NCBI GenBank assembly: GCA_026387355.1
Contig: JAPLLW010000016.1
Span: 6,240-70,239 of the forward strand
Source of the DNA: Candidatus Omnitrophota bacterium
GTDB taxonomy: Bacteria > Omnitrophota > Gorgyraeia > Gygaellales > Profunditerraquicolaceae
Length of the DNA: 64,000 nucleotides
Direction of reading: 5' to 3'
A program made the translations under genes and the position numbers. Below, one piece after another: positions 23,337 to 32,309 of the stretch; the first letter of the stretch is position 1; the number at the start of each line of letters is the position of its first letter. The notes below the pieces were generated by a model that did not search any database, had not been told where the DNA came from, and saw nothing but the letters and a program-made list of their open reading frames with translations.

Positions 23337-23409
23337 AGCGGGAGGCGGGATTCGAACCCGTGACATCAACCTTGGCAAGGTTGCGCTCTACCAGCTGAGC
23401 TACTCCCGC
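23337..23409 (-). tRNA. tRNA-Gly (GCC)
   Basis: Minus-strand read GCGGGAGTAGCTCAGCTGGTAGAGCGCAACCTTGCCAAGGTTG...GGGTTCGAATCCCGCCTCCCGCT. Full cloverleaf, anticodon loop TTGCCAA, discriminator U, no encoded CCA. Confidence 0.85.
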
Positions 23410-23418
23410 GTATTAGCT

Positions 23419-23486
23419 AAAAAAGGGGTCAGAATTATTTTTCTTTCACCTGTCAGGGCCGGAAAAATAATTCTGACCCCTTTTTT
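23419..23486. terminator. long perfect inverted repeat (24-bp arms, 20-nt loop) flanked by A and T runs; bidirectional intrinsic-terminator-like
   Basis: AAAAAAGGGGTCAGAATTATTTTT ... AAAAATAATTCTGACCCCTTTTTT, between tRNA-Gly and tRNA-Leu. Shares the GGGTCAGAATTA core with the palindrome at 365-398. Confidence 0.65.
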
Positions 23487-23499
23487 CAAAGAATATACT

Positions 23500-23581
23500 T
23501 GGGCGGAAGAGGATTTGAACCTCCAAGGGTTGCCCCAATAGCTCCTAAGGCTATCGCGTCTGCCAATTTCGCCATCCGCCC
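23500..23581 (-). tRNA. tRNA-Leu (UAG), long variable arm
   Basis: Minus-strand read GGGCGGATGGCGAAATTGGCAGACGCGATAGCCTTAGGAGCTATTGGGGCAACCCTTGGAGGTTCAAATCCTCTTCCGCCCA. Anticodon loop CTTAGGA, discriminator A, no encoded CCA. Confidence 0.85.
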
Positions 23582-23688
23582 GGATATTTCCTCTTACGCT
23601 TAGAAAACTACTAAACTCGTTCTATAGTCCCTCCGCCTAATTAAGAATAGGTTGGCGTTCGGGACTCATTTTTGCTGCGCAAAAATTC

Positions 23689-23761
23689 GTGAGCCTCCCG
23701 AGACTCGAACTCGGCACACGCGGCTTAAAAAGCCGCTGCTCTACCAGATGAGCTAGAGGCC
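23689..23761 (-). tRNA. tRNA-Lys (UUU)
   Basis: Minus-strand read GGGCCTCTAGCTCATCTGGTAGAGCAGCGGCTTTTTAAGCCGCGTGTGCCGAGTTCGAGTCTCGGGAGGCTCA. Anticodon loop TTTTTAA. Confidence 0.85.
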
Positions 23762-23766
23762 CAAAC

Positions 23767-24327
23767 TCAGAATTCCAATACTTCTTTTTCTTTATTTTTT
23801 AAAATATCGTCAACCCTAGCGATATATTTATCAACTAACTTCTGCAGCTCATCAATACCCCTAAACTTATCATCTTCGGAGACAATCTTATCCTTCTCTA
23901 ATTTTTCAATATGTTCTTTGGCATCACGCCTGATCGTCCTAAGAGATATTCTTCCTGACTCCGCCATTTTATGTATTTCTTTAGCCAATTCTTGACGCCT
24001 ATCTTTAGATAATTGCGGGAATGATAAACGGATAAGCTTACCGTCATTAGAAGGATTGACTCCTAAATTAGACTTCAATATCGCTTTTTCAATCTCGGGT
24101 ATTGCGGTAATATCCCAAGGTTGAATCACTAATAAATGCGCATCAGCAGTTGCAATAGAGGCCAACTGCTTCAAGAGAGTCGGGGTCCCGTAATAATCTA
24201 TATGCAAACCCTCAACTAATGTAGGGCTTGCGCGACCGGTGCGGATTTCTCCAAATTCTCTAGTTACTGATTCAAGGGACTTCTTCATCTTATCTTCACT
24301 ACTGTGCAAAATTTCTTTAGTAGACAT
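23767..24327 (-). CDS. frr: ribosome recycling factor
   Basis: 186 aa with the typical RRF sequence. Confidence 0.9.
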   Translation of the reverse strand: MSTKEILHSSEDKMKKSLESVTREFGEIRTGRASPTLVEGLHIDYYGTPTLLKQLASIATADAHLLVIQPWDITAIPEIEKAILKSNLGVNPSNDGKLIRLSFPQLSKDRRQELAKEIHKMAESGRISLRTIRRDAKEHIEKLEKDKIVSEDDKFRGIDELQKLVDKYIARVDDILKNKEKEVLEF

Positions 24328-24361
24328 GCTTTCCTCCTAGGCTACTTTAAAAAACAAGCTT

Positions 24362-25081
24362 CTACTGAACGACAGTTCCAATCTTGTCGCCCAACACAAC
24401 ACGCTTAATATTGCCTGTCTTGTTTAGATTAAATACCACGATGGGAAGTTTGTTATCCATACAAAGACTGATCGCAGTTGCATCCATAACTTTCAGTCCC
24501 TTTTTAAGCACATCGATATATTTTAATTGGGAGAACTTCTTAGCTTCTTTTACTTTTAAAGGATCTGCAGAATAAACCCCATCTACCTGAGTGGCTTTAA
24601 GTATCGCGTCAGCATTAATCTCCATCGCCCGCAGGGCTGCCGCAGTATCAGTGGTAAAATAAGGATTTCCTGTTCCTGCGACAAAAATAACTACCCGCCC
24701 CTTTTCTAAATGGCGAATAGCTCTCCTTCTGATATATGGCTCGGCGATTCGCTGCATCTCAATTGCAGTCATAACCCTGGTAGGGACACCCGTCTTCTCG
24801 AGAACATCCTGCAGCGCTAGGCCGTTAATTACGGTAGCCAACATCCCCATATAATCGGCAACGGATCTATCCATATCCAATCCGCGACTTCCGGTATTCT
24901 CCTGGCCGCGAAAAATATTCCCCGCCCCTAAAACTATCGCCACATCCACTTTTAAATCCCGGATCTCTTTTATCTGACGGGAGATGGATATTAAAACCGA
25001 CTGGTCTATTCCGTGGGATTTCCTACCCTGCAGGGCTTCGCCGCTTAACTTAAGAAGTATCCTTTTATAAACTGAACCCAT
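24362..25081 (-). CDS. pyrH: uridylate kinase
   Basis: [13 protein letters not shown]-terminus of the amino-acid-kinase fold. Confidence 0.9.
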   Translation of the reverse strand: MGSVYKRILLKLSGEALQGRKSHGIDQSVLISISRQIKEIRDLKVDVAIVLGAGNIFRGQENTGSRGLDMDRSVADYMGMLATVINGLALQDVLEKTGVPTRVMTAIEMQRIAEPYIRRRAIRHLEKGRVVIFVAGTGNPYFTTDTAAALRAMEINADAILKATQVDGVYSADPLKVKEAKKFSQLKYIDVLKKGLKVMDATAISLCMDNKLPIVVFNLNKTGNIKRVVLGDKIGTVVQ

Positions 25082-25086
25082 TGATA

Positions 25087-25611
25087 TTATTCGCCGACTT
25101 TATAGCGCATAAACCTGCGCACGACAATATTTTCGCCAATCTTAGCAACAATACTACCCAGGTAATCGTTAATACTCATAGAGGGATCTTTAACAAAAGG
25201 CTGCTCTAGCAAGCAATGATTCTTATAAAACTCTTCCTTGTTCTTTTCATGCTCAACCACTTCAGCCGGGACATCCTCTTTCTTAATATACAACGGACTA
25301 GTCGCGGTTATCTGCATAGCTAAATCTTTGGTAAACTTTATAAAATCGTCGTTTTTAGCTACGAAATCTGACTCGCAATTAACCTCAATCAATGCGCCAA
25401 CCTTATTCCCGTGATGAATATAGGTCTCAATCCTTCCTTCTCTGGCTATTCGGGACTGTCTCTTTGCGGCAATCTCGAGCCCCTGCTTGCGTAAGAATTC
25501 CGCGGCCTTCTTAATATCCCCTTTTGTCTCCTCAAGCGCCTTCTTACAATGCCCAACACTTGACAAAGTCATCTCTCTTAATTCTTTAATCTGCTCTACC
25601 GATATTTTCAT
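25087..25611 (-). CDS. tsf: elongation factor Ts (short form)
   Basis: [24 protein letters not shown]-like N-terminus. 174 aa. Confidence 0.8.
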   Translation of the reverse strand: MKISVEQIKELREMTLSSVGHCKKALEETKGDIKKAAEFLRKQGLEIAAKRQSRIAREGRIETYIHHGNKVGALIEVNCESDFVAKNDDFIKFTKDLAMQITATSPLYIKKEDVPAEVVEHEKNKEEFYKNHCLLEQPFVKDPSMSINDYLGSIVAKIGENIVVRRFMRYKVGE

Positions 25612-25617
25612 TTTAGT

Positions 25618-26511
25618 TTATGCCTTCCTCTTTATCTTTGGACGACCGTCAATTGTAGGTTTCATATGAGCCTTTTTAATAGACTTACCATCTTCATCGA
25701 GCGGTTCAATCGTTTCAACTATCTCCTCGATCTCTTTTATCTTAATCTCTTCTTCAGGTAATAAGGCCGGCTCTTCAATCGCAGCCTCTTCTTTAATCTT
25801 TACCCCTTCCTGAGAAAGATAGGAAAGAAATTTCTTTCTCCCATCGATTATTGCATCGGTTAAGATATTCGCCACCACCTTTATAGATTTGGTAGCGTCG
25901 TCGTTACCGGGTATAGGATAATCTATAAAATCCGGATTAGAATTAGTGTCGATTAAGGCTACGATTGGAATACCCAAACGCCTTGCCTCTTTTACCGCAG
26001 TATCTTCTTTGCTTGAATCCACCACAAACATCGCCTTAGGCATACGCTCCATAGGAACAATACCCGCAAAGTTTTTATTCAGCTTAGTAAGCTCTTTTTC
26101 AAGACGAGCCACTTCTTTTTTGGTCAACTGGGCAAAAGTCCCGTCTTCGCGCATCCGTTCTATTTCCTTTAAACGGTTTATACTCTTTTTTATAGTTGAG
26201 AAATTAGTCAACATACCACCTGGCCAACGCTCAGTTACATAATACATCCCCGAACGCATTGCCTCCTGATGCATAACCTCCTGCGCCTGCTTTTTAGTAC
26301 CCACAAAAAGAACATATTCTCCTTTTGAAGTTATATCCAACAGGAAATCCCTTGCCTTATTTATGCATTCTTCCGTCTTCTCAAGATCAATAATGTAAAT
26401 ACCGCTTCTAGAACCGAAAATAAATTTCTTCATTTTTGGATTCCAACGCTTAGTCTGATGCCCGAAATGCACCCCTGCTTCCAACAACTGCTTAATTAAA
26501 TCTGATGGCAC
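25618..26511 (-). CDS. rpsB: 30S ribosomal protein S2 with a charged C-terminal extension
   Basis: LLEAGVHFGHQTKRWNPKM N-terminus. K/E-rich tail. Confidence 0.9.
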   Translation of the reverse strand: MPSDLIKQLLEAGVHFGHQTKRWNPKMKKFIFGSRSGIYIIDLEKTEECINKARDFLLDITSKGEYVLFVGTKKQAQEVMHQEAMRSGMYYVTERWPGGMLTNFSTIKKSINRLKEIERMREDGTFAQLTKKEVARLEKELTKLNKNFAGIVPMERMPKAMFVVDSSKEDTAVKEARRLGIPIVALIDTNSNPDFIDYPIPGNDDATKSIKVVANILTDAIIDGRKKFLSYLSQEGVKIKEEAAIEEPALLPEEEIKIKEIEEIVETIEPLDEDGKSIKKAHMKPTIDGRPKIKRKA

Positions 26512-26663
26512 TTTTTACTCCCCCTTTTTACCCGCTTTATGCGGACGTCCCGCTCTAGATAAATAAATTTATTGTTGCGAGAATTGTTAATATGGAACGT
26601 TGCCAAGACTCTCCCGGCAACTGCTGAACTCTATTATTTTAGCAAAATTATGACAATATGCAA

Positions 26664-28454
26664 CTAATTTCGCAGCTCCTGCATGAGATGCAAGCGCTTG
26701 TAAAAACCGTCTTTAGCCATAAGCTCGCTATGCGTACCTGATTCAACTACCAGCCCTTTATCCAAAACAACTATTTTATGCGCATTTCTGACCGTGGAAA
26801 GCCTATGCGCAATAACTAATACCGTACGCCCCTGGATAAGCCGGTCTAAAGCCTCTTGGACTACGCGCTCTGATTCTGAATCTAGCTGAGAAGTAGCTTC
26901 ATCAAGTATTAAAATGGGTGGATTTTTAAGTAAGGCACGGGCTATGGCGACTCTCTGACGCTCTCCTCCTGAAATACGCGCCCCCCTGTCCCCGATAAAA
27001 GTATCATATCCTTGCGGCATGCGACTGATAAAATCATGGGCATTAGCTTGCATTGCCGCCTGCTTTATCTCTTCATCGCTTGCGCCTGGTTTTCCATAAG
27101 CAATATTTGCCCTAATTGAGTCATTAAAAAGTATCGTCTCCTGAGAAACGATCCCGATTTGCTGACGCAGGGATTTTAAGGTAACCTCTCTAATATCTGT
27201 ACCATCAATACTAATCTTTCCCTTTTGTGGATCGTAAAAACGCGGGATTAGATCCAAAAGGGTGGTCTTGCCTGTACCGCTAGGACCAACAATCGCTAAC
27301 ATTGAACCATACGGCACATCCAAACTTATTCCTTTAAGCACCTGATTATCACCATAATGAAACCAGACATCGCTAAAAACAATATTGCGCCTAAAATCCT
27401 TTAATTCGCTAGCAGTAGGAGATTCGACAACGCTAGGGACAGCCTCCAAAACTTCATAAATGCGCTCACTAGCTGCTTCTGCCTGTTGGTTTAAAGAAGC
27501 TACCTGACTTAATTTCTTAAACGGCCTGATGGTAGATAAGAGCGAGCCAATGAAAAGTCCAAAAACGCCGAAAGAGATCTTACCCGCGATAACCTCTCTT
27601 CCTCCGAGTACAAAGACAGCTACACCTGCAATACATCCTACTATCTCGGTAACCGGGGATAAAAGTAGGGTGCGCTTTATTGACTTCATTGATATCTTAT
27701 AATAATCATTATTTACTTTATTAAACTTATTTATCTCGTAATCTTCCATATTGAAAGCTTTTACTATACGCGCTCCAGAAATGGTCTCATAAAGTATGGA
27801 GTTGGTATCTGCCGCTTTCTCCTGAGACCTCTTGGATAACTTTCTAAGTTTCTTGCCTACCGTAGAGATTAAATAGCCTAAAAGCGCCAGGGGCGGTAGA
27901 ATAAAGATAACAAATTTTGCATAAATAAACAGTGTCAACGAGAAGAATATAACTACCTGTAAACCCTGATATACCAAATCAGTTGAGCCATACGAAACTG
28001 CGTTCTCAACAATTCTTGCATCATTGGTAATACGCGACATCATCTCGCCACCACGCTTATGCGTAAAATAATCTAAAGATAGTGTCTGGAATTTAGCGTA
28101 AAGCTTGGCTTTTATATCCCTGACAATGGCTTGACCAATATCAGACATGATATAGCTTTGCACGAAACCGAAAAAACCTTTTAACACGAACAAGATGACG
28201 ATCCCAAAGGCCATATAGTTTAGAAGCGCTTCCGGGGTAAAACTATTAATTTTGTCCACCAAATTTGCCAAAGGAATAGGCAGCTTTGTGGGGATAATAA
28301 TCTTTTTATTGGTAAGTACTTTATCAGCCAAAGGAACCATCATTGCCAGAGATACTCCGTCAAAGATAGCAGAGAAACCCATGCAAATAGTAGCTATGAT
28401 GAACTTCCCGGAATATGGCTTAATAAATCGCAGTAACTTCAAATAATCACGCAT
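26664..28454 (-). CDS. msbA: ABC transporter permease/ATPase, MsbA-like lipid A exporter
   Basis: Six N-terminal TM helices. Walker A GPSGTGKTT, signature ISGGERQR, and Walker B ILILDEATS. Confidence 0.8.
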   Translation of the reverse strand: MRDYLKLLRFIKPYSGKFIIATICMGFSAIFDGVSLAMMVPLADKVLTNKKIIIPTKLPIPLANLVDKINSFTPEALLNYMAFGIVILFVLKGFFGFVQSYIMSDIGQAIVRDIKAKLYAKFQTLSLDYFTHKRGGEMMSRITNDARIVENAVSYGSTDLVYQGLQVVIFFSLTLFIYAKFVIFILPPLALLGYLISTVGKKLRKLSKRSQEKAADTNSILYETISGARIVKAFNMEDYEINKFNKVNNDYYKISMKSIKRTLLLSPVTEIVGCIAGVAVFVLGGREVIAGKISFGVFGLFIGSLLSTIRPFKKLSQVASLNQQAEAASERIYEVLEAVPSVVESPTASELKDFRRNIVFSDVWFHYGDNQVLKGISLDVPYGSMLAIVGPSGTGKTTLLDLIPRFYDPQKGKISIDGTDIREVTLKSLRQQIGIVSQETILFNDSIRANIAYGKPGASDEEIKQAAMQANAHDFISRMPQGYDTFIGDRGARISGGERQRVAIARALLKNPPILILDEATSQLDSESERVVQEALDRLIQGRTVLVIAHRLSTVRNAHKIVVLDKGLVVESGTHSELMAKDGFYKRLHLMQELRN

Positions 28455-28536
28455 TTTACGCTCCTGTCTAAAAGGAAATGCATTTTAGCATAACTCTAGC
28501 CTTGTAGCAACTTTTTTATTGCATAATTTGGCCTTG

Positions 28537-28812
28537 CGTCTGCCTTGGCTTGTTTCTCGCGGGTACGTCCTTCTTCGCTAAAGCTTCGAAGGACTGTTCT
28601 CCGAAGCCTTGGCGAAGGAAAACGCTTGCTCGCCCCAGCGTGGCTCAGCTTAGCTCGGGTCGGCTGCGTCGCTCGAAATCAAGCCAAACCATCCGCAAGA
28701 AAGTGTCTTCGTATGTTTTAGCGGGTGACACGGCGACAGGTCCCCTACTTTTCGCAGGGCGATTAGCCCGAGAAGAAGCAGGGTGGCGCCGTGGCAGGAC
28801 CCGCTAAAACAA
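28537..28812 (+). ncRNA. GC-rich structured element, copy B (candidate small RNA or miniature repeat)
   Basis: ~276-nt GC-rich island in AT-rich sequence. Homologous to the element at 36014-36305 on the opposite strand: shared 5' block CTGCCTTGgCTtGTTTcTCGCGGGTACG, shared GGCGAA, GCTCGGGT and AGCGGGTGAC blocks, shared 3' end GGCAGGACCCGC. Helices: 5' CUGCC with 3' GGCAG; GUUUUAGCGGGU (28716-28727) with ACCCGCUAAAAC (28801-28812); hairpin GUCCUUC...GAAGGAC. Non-coding. Confidence 0.45.
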
Positions 28813-28820
28813 AATTTTAG

Positions 28821-28849
28821 TTGAAACAAGATAGTCTCTCTGCTATCAT
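28821..28849 (+). promoter_or_regulatory. sigma70-like promoter TTGAAA-N17-TATCAT; start codon only 6 nt downstream, so possibly leaderless
   Basis: TTGAAA at 28821-28826, TATCAT at 28844-28849, ATG at 28856. No Shine-Dalgarno between them. Confidence 0.4.
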
Positions 28850-28855
28850 CATGCT

Positions 28856-29782
28856 ATGGATAAATTAAAGGTAGGCGTAATCGGTGTAGGCCATCTCGGC
28901 GGTATTCACGCTAAAATATACAAAGAGATCGGGAACTGCGAGCTTGTGGCTATCTGCGATACAGATAAGAAACAATTAAACGCTGTCTCCCAGAGTCTAA
29001 GTGTACCCGGATACCATAATCACCAGGAACTCTTTGGTAAAGTTGATGCTATAAGCGTAGCTACACCTACAAAGCTGCATTTTAAAATCGCCGCTGACTT
29101 CTTAAAACAGGGGATCCATGCGCTTGTAGAAAAACCCTTTACCCCCACACTTGAAGAGGCTGACAGCCTGATAAACTTAGCCCAGGAAAAGGATCTGATA
29201 CTACAGGTAGGACATATTGAAAGGTTTAACTCTGCCTTTAACGCAACTCAAAAAATTATCAAGGATCCAAAATTTATAGAATGCCACCGCCTCTCTCCAT
29301 TTCCTAACCGTTCAACTGACGTCGGGGCAGTCTTAGACATTATGATTCATGATATCGATATCATACTGGGTTTGGTAAATTCGCCGGTAGACAAAATTGA
29401 ATCAGTAGGGATTAACGTGCTCACGCCTTTTGAAGATATCGCTAATGCCAGAATTACTTTTAAGAACGGTTGCGTGGCTAATCTCACTGCCTCCCGCATC
29501 TCTGACGAAGTAATGCGTAAAATCCGCATCTTCCAGGAGAATACCTATATATCGCTGGATTATAAAAATGCCGAGGCCTGGGTATATCGCAAGGCATTCT
29601 TAAGGATCGTAAAAGAAAATCTCCCCATTGAAAAAGAACAACCCCTGCAAAAAGAGCTTCAGGCATTTGTGGATTGCGTAATCGGGCATATCCAACCGCT
29701 TGTCTCAGGAAAAGTTGCCCGCGAAGCCTTAAAAGTAGCTTTGGAGATACAAAATCAGATATGGCACAAAAAAATATCCTGA
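28856..29782 (+). CDS. Gfo/Idh/MocA-family NAD(P)-dependent oxidoreductase (possible lipid A sugar dehydrogenase, GnnA-like)
   Basis: KVGVIGVGHLGGIHAKIY Rossmann N-terminus and EKP motif. Overlaps lpxB by 22 nt. Confidence 0.75.
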   Translation: MDKLKVGVIGVGHLGGIHAKIYKEIGNCELVAICDTDKKQLNAVSQSLSVPGYHNHQELFGKVDAISVATPTKLHFKIAADFLKQGIHALVEKPFTPTLEEADSLINLAQEKDLILQVGHIERFNSAFNATQKIIKDPKFIECHRLSPFPNRSTDVGAVLDIMIHDIDIILGLVNSPVDKIESVGINVLTPFEDIANARITFKNGCVANLTASRISDEVMRKIRIFQENTYISLDYKNAEAWVYRKAFLRIVKENLPIEKEQPLQKELQAFVDCVIGHIQPLVSGKVAREALKVALEIQNQIWHKKIS

Positions 29783-30894
29783 TTATCTGCGGCGAGCCTT
29801 CCGGTGAACTTCACGCTGCTACCTTAGTCTCTTCTCTAAAGAAATTAAGACCAGATTGGAAAATATTTGGCGTAGGCGGATCCCTCCTCTCTAACGCAGG
29901 CGCTGAAATTATTTACAATATAAAAGATTTAAGTGTCATGGGGCTCTTTGATGTACTTAAAAAACTCCCTCGGTTCATTGCCTTAAAGAATAGGATCCTA
30001 CAAAAACTTGAACACCATAAGATTGAGGCAGTTATTTTTGTAGATTTCTCCGGGTTTAATCTCAGGCTTGCTAAAGATATTAATAACCGCATCCCAACCA
30101 TCTATTACGTCAGCCCCCAGGTCTGGGCATCCAGAGAGGCTCGCGTTAAGACTATCAAGAAATATATCCGCAAGATGATCGTACTCTTCCCTTTTGAAAA
30201 AGAATTCTATAAAAAACACGGAATGGATGTAGAACTAGTAGGCCATCCACTCCTGGATATCGTAAAATCTAAAGAGGATAAGGCTTCTTTATTAAAAGCA
30301 TTAAACTTCCCTACGGAAAAAACTACAATAGCCCTATTGCCCGGATCGCGTAAACAGGAAATCAATAAAATTCTCCCCATAATGCTTAAAGCAGCTCAAT
30401 TGATAAATAAGAAACTCGATGCGCAGTATATAATTGCAAAACCAATCCAGTCTGAGCGCAATATTTATGAACACATACTCAAAAAAACTAATTTAAATGT
30501 AGCAATTGTGGAAGGTAAAACCTACGAATGCATCAACGCAGCTAACTTTTGCCTAGTCTGCTCAGGAACAGCTACACTTGAGACAGCAATTATGCAAAAA
30601 CCATTTCTGTTGATTTACAAGATGAATCTATTGAATTATCTGCTTTACCGGCCGCAGGTAAAGCTACCCTACATAGGTTTAGCGAATATAGTCGTGGGAA
30701 GAAAAATAATCCCGGAACTTATCCAATTTCAAGCTACACCCGATAAAATTGCAAAAGAAACCTTAAGCATCTTAAATGACCCCGCTAGATTAGAAAAAAT
30801 GCATAAAGATCTTGCTGAAGTAAAAACATGCCTCGGTGAACCAGGAGCAGCTATCCGCGCTAGCCACATAATCATCGATTTTCTAAAAGCTTAG
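29761..30894 (+). CDS. lpxB: lipid-A-disaccharide synthase
   Basis: Starts at the ATG at 29761 (MAQKNILIICGEPSGELHAATLV...), the typical LpxB N-terminus. The longer ORF from 29674 adds an implausible basic leader. Confidence 0.85.
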   Translation: MAQKNILIICGEPSGELHAATLVSSLKKLRPDWKIFGVGGSLLSNAGAEIIYNIKDLSVMGLFDVLKKLPRFIALKNRILQKLEHHKIEAVIFVDFSGFNLRLAKDINNRIPTIYYVSPQVWASREARVKTIKKYIRKMIVLFPFEKEFYKKHGMDVELVGHPLLDIVKSKEDKASLLKALNFPTEKTTIALLPGSRKQEINKILPIMLKAAQLINKKLDAQYIIAKPIQSERNIYEHILKKTNLNVAIVEGKTYECINAANFCLVCSGTATLETAIMQKPFLLIYKMNLLNYLLYRPQVKLPYIGLANIVVGRKIIPELIQFQATPDKIAKETLSILNDPARLEKMHKDLAEVKTCLGEPGAAIRASHIIIDFLKA

Positions 30895-30895
30895 T

Positions 30896-31984
30896 TTAAT
30901 AATCTTTTGCTGAATTGATTCGTTCATCAATCGGAGGATGGTCAAAGAAGAAGAATTTGATTATCGGATTCGGGGACCTATCGGAGAGATTCTGCTCAGA
31001 GAGCTTATTCATCGTAGAAATAAATGCATCTTTTAAACCGGTAGTCTCAAGGGCCAAAGAATCTGCGCTACGCTCAAAACTCCTGCTCACAAATGCCTCG
31101 AGCGGCTGTGCAATTACACTCAAGAGTATAAAATATATAAAAATAAGCGGCAGGCTTGCAATGTCGGATAAAGAAGCAAGTCCGAATAAATTCAGGGCAT
31201 AGATGCTTGTCCTGGCTATTAAATAGAAGATTACAAGAATGCTTAGCGAATTAATCACGATCAACTTTAGCAGGTGTTTTAACCGGCAATGCGCGAATTC
31301 ATGCGCTAATATAACTTCTATTTCATCGTAACTATATTTATCTTTCAAGGTATCGGCAAGAATTACCCTACGCGTATTCCCTACACCCACAAAGGCTGCA
31401 TTAGCCTTTAATGTCTTTTTGCTGAAATCTATTTCAAAACAATCAAGCAATTTAACATTCATTCTTTCAGCCAGTTTCATAATCCTTTCCCTTAATAATT
31501 CATCAGAGAGTTTTTTGTATTTGAAAAAAAGCGGGATAACTAACACAGGTAAAACTTTGGCCAGGATTATGCTAAAGAAAATCCAGAATGCCGAAATCGC
31601 CAGCCACCAATAAGCAGCTGTATATCTTAGAATAATATAAAAGGCCATAACTAATATTAGGCTAACTAAGAAAGAAAGACCCAGAGTCTTGAGCTGATCA
31701 TAAGACCAATCTCTCAAACTTTGCGTAGATAAAGAAAATCTATGTTCTAATATATAAGACTGGTAGAATTCAAGGGGTAGATTCAGAAAGTAGTATCCGA
31801 TGGAGACTACTGCTAAATAAGCCGGTACAACAATGTAGCTTAGGACATATTTGTTAAGCCAGATTGATAGCTTACCGGATAAACCTGAGCTTAAAAATAA
31901 AAAAAGCAGGAGAAGGATGTAGGCTGACTCAATGACCGTTAAGGTATATTTTATATTGGAATAACGCTTGGCCTTATCCTGCAT
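30896..31984 (-). CDS. M48-family zinc metalloprotease (HtpX/Ste24-like), polytopic membrane protein
   Basis: Multiple TM helices followed by HEFAHCRLKH (HExxH). Confidence 0.75.
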   Translation of the reverse strand: MQDKAKRYSNIKYTLTVIESAYILLLLFLFLSSGLSGKLSIWLNKYVLSYIVVPAYLAVVSIGYYFLNLPLEFYQSYILEHRFSLSTQSLRDWSYDQLKTLGLSFLVSLILVMAFYIILRYTAAYWWLAISAFWIFFSIILAKVLPVLVIPLFFKYKKLSDELLRERIMKLAERMNVKLLDCFEIDFSKKTLKANAAFVGVGNTRRVILADTLKDKYSYDEIEVILAHEFAHCRLKHLLKLIVINSLSILVIFYLIARTSIYALNLFGLASLSDIASLPLIFIYFILLSVIAQPLEAFVSRSFERSADSLALETTGLKDAFISTMNKLSEQNLSDRSPNPIIKFFFFDHPPIDERINSAKDY

Positions 31985-32000
31985 ATTTGAGCTGAGGATA

Positions 32001-32246
32001 CTACTTGGACTTCTTTACGAGAGGCTTTACATTAACGAAGGTGCGCACCTTTCCGTGGCTCGTCTTCTTCTTAGTGAAATAAACTTCGCCGGCACAGGCA
32101 GCAAAAAGCGTACCTAAGCCCCTGACATTAATCCCGGACTTGTAGGAATCTACACCTCTAATTAATACCTGACCGGTTTTAACAGACATGCCTGTTGAAA
32201 CTTTATTCGCTTTATCTTTCTTTGGCGTTGAAAATCCACCTGTCAT
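32001..32246 (-). CDS. ribosomal protein L27-like small basic protein (divergent)
   Basis: GQVLIRGVDSYKSGINVRGLGTLFAACAGEVYF aligns with the L27 core ([34 protein letters not shown]). The canonical N-terminal AHKKG is absent. Strong RBS AAGGAGGTAA upstream. Confidence 0.45.
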   Translation of the reverse strand: MTGGFSTPKKDKANKVSTGMSVKTGQVLIRGVDSYKSGINVRGLGTLFAACAGEVYFTKKKTSHGKVRTFVNVKPLVKKSK

Positions 32247-32309
32247 TTGATTACCTCCTTATGATAAACTAAATTATTCTATTTAAGTGAGTATATTAAC
32301 ATATAAACA

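Noticed and set aside
22713-23378. Annotated 221-aa form of ptsN
   Set aside because: The N-terminal 65 codons overlap tRNA-Gly and a GC-rich hairpin. The internal ATG at 23181 has a strong RBS and gives a normal 156-aa EIIA-Ntr.
28550-28807. 85-aa ORF (plus) inside GC-rich element copy B, and the 65-aa ORF 36160-36357 (minus) inside copy A
   Set aside because: Both are arginine/serine-rich translations of GC-rich sequence. They read the conserved nucleotide block of the two copies in different frames, so no peptide is conserved. Treated as non-coding.
29674-29760. N-terminal 29-codon extension of the lpxB ORF
   Set aside because: It is Arg/Cys/Ser-rich, overlaps the upstream oxidoreductase in another frame, and the canonical LpxB N-terminus begins at the ATG at 29761.
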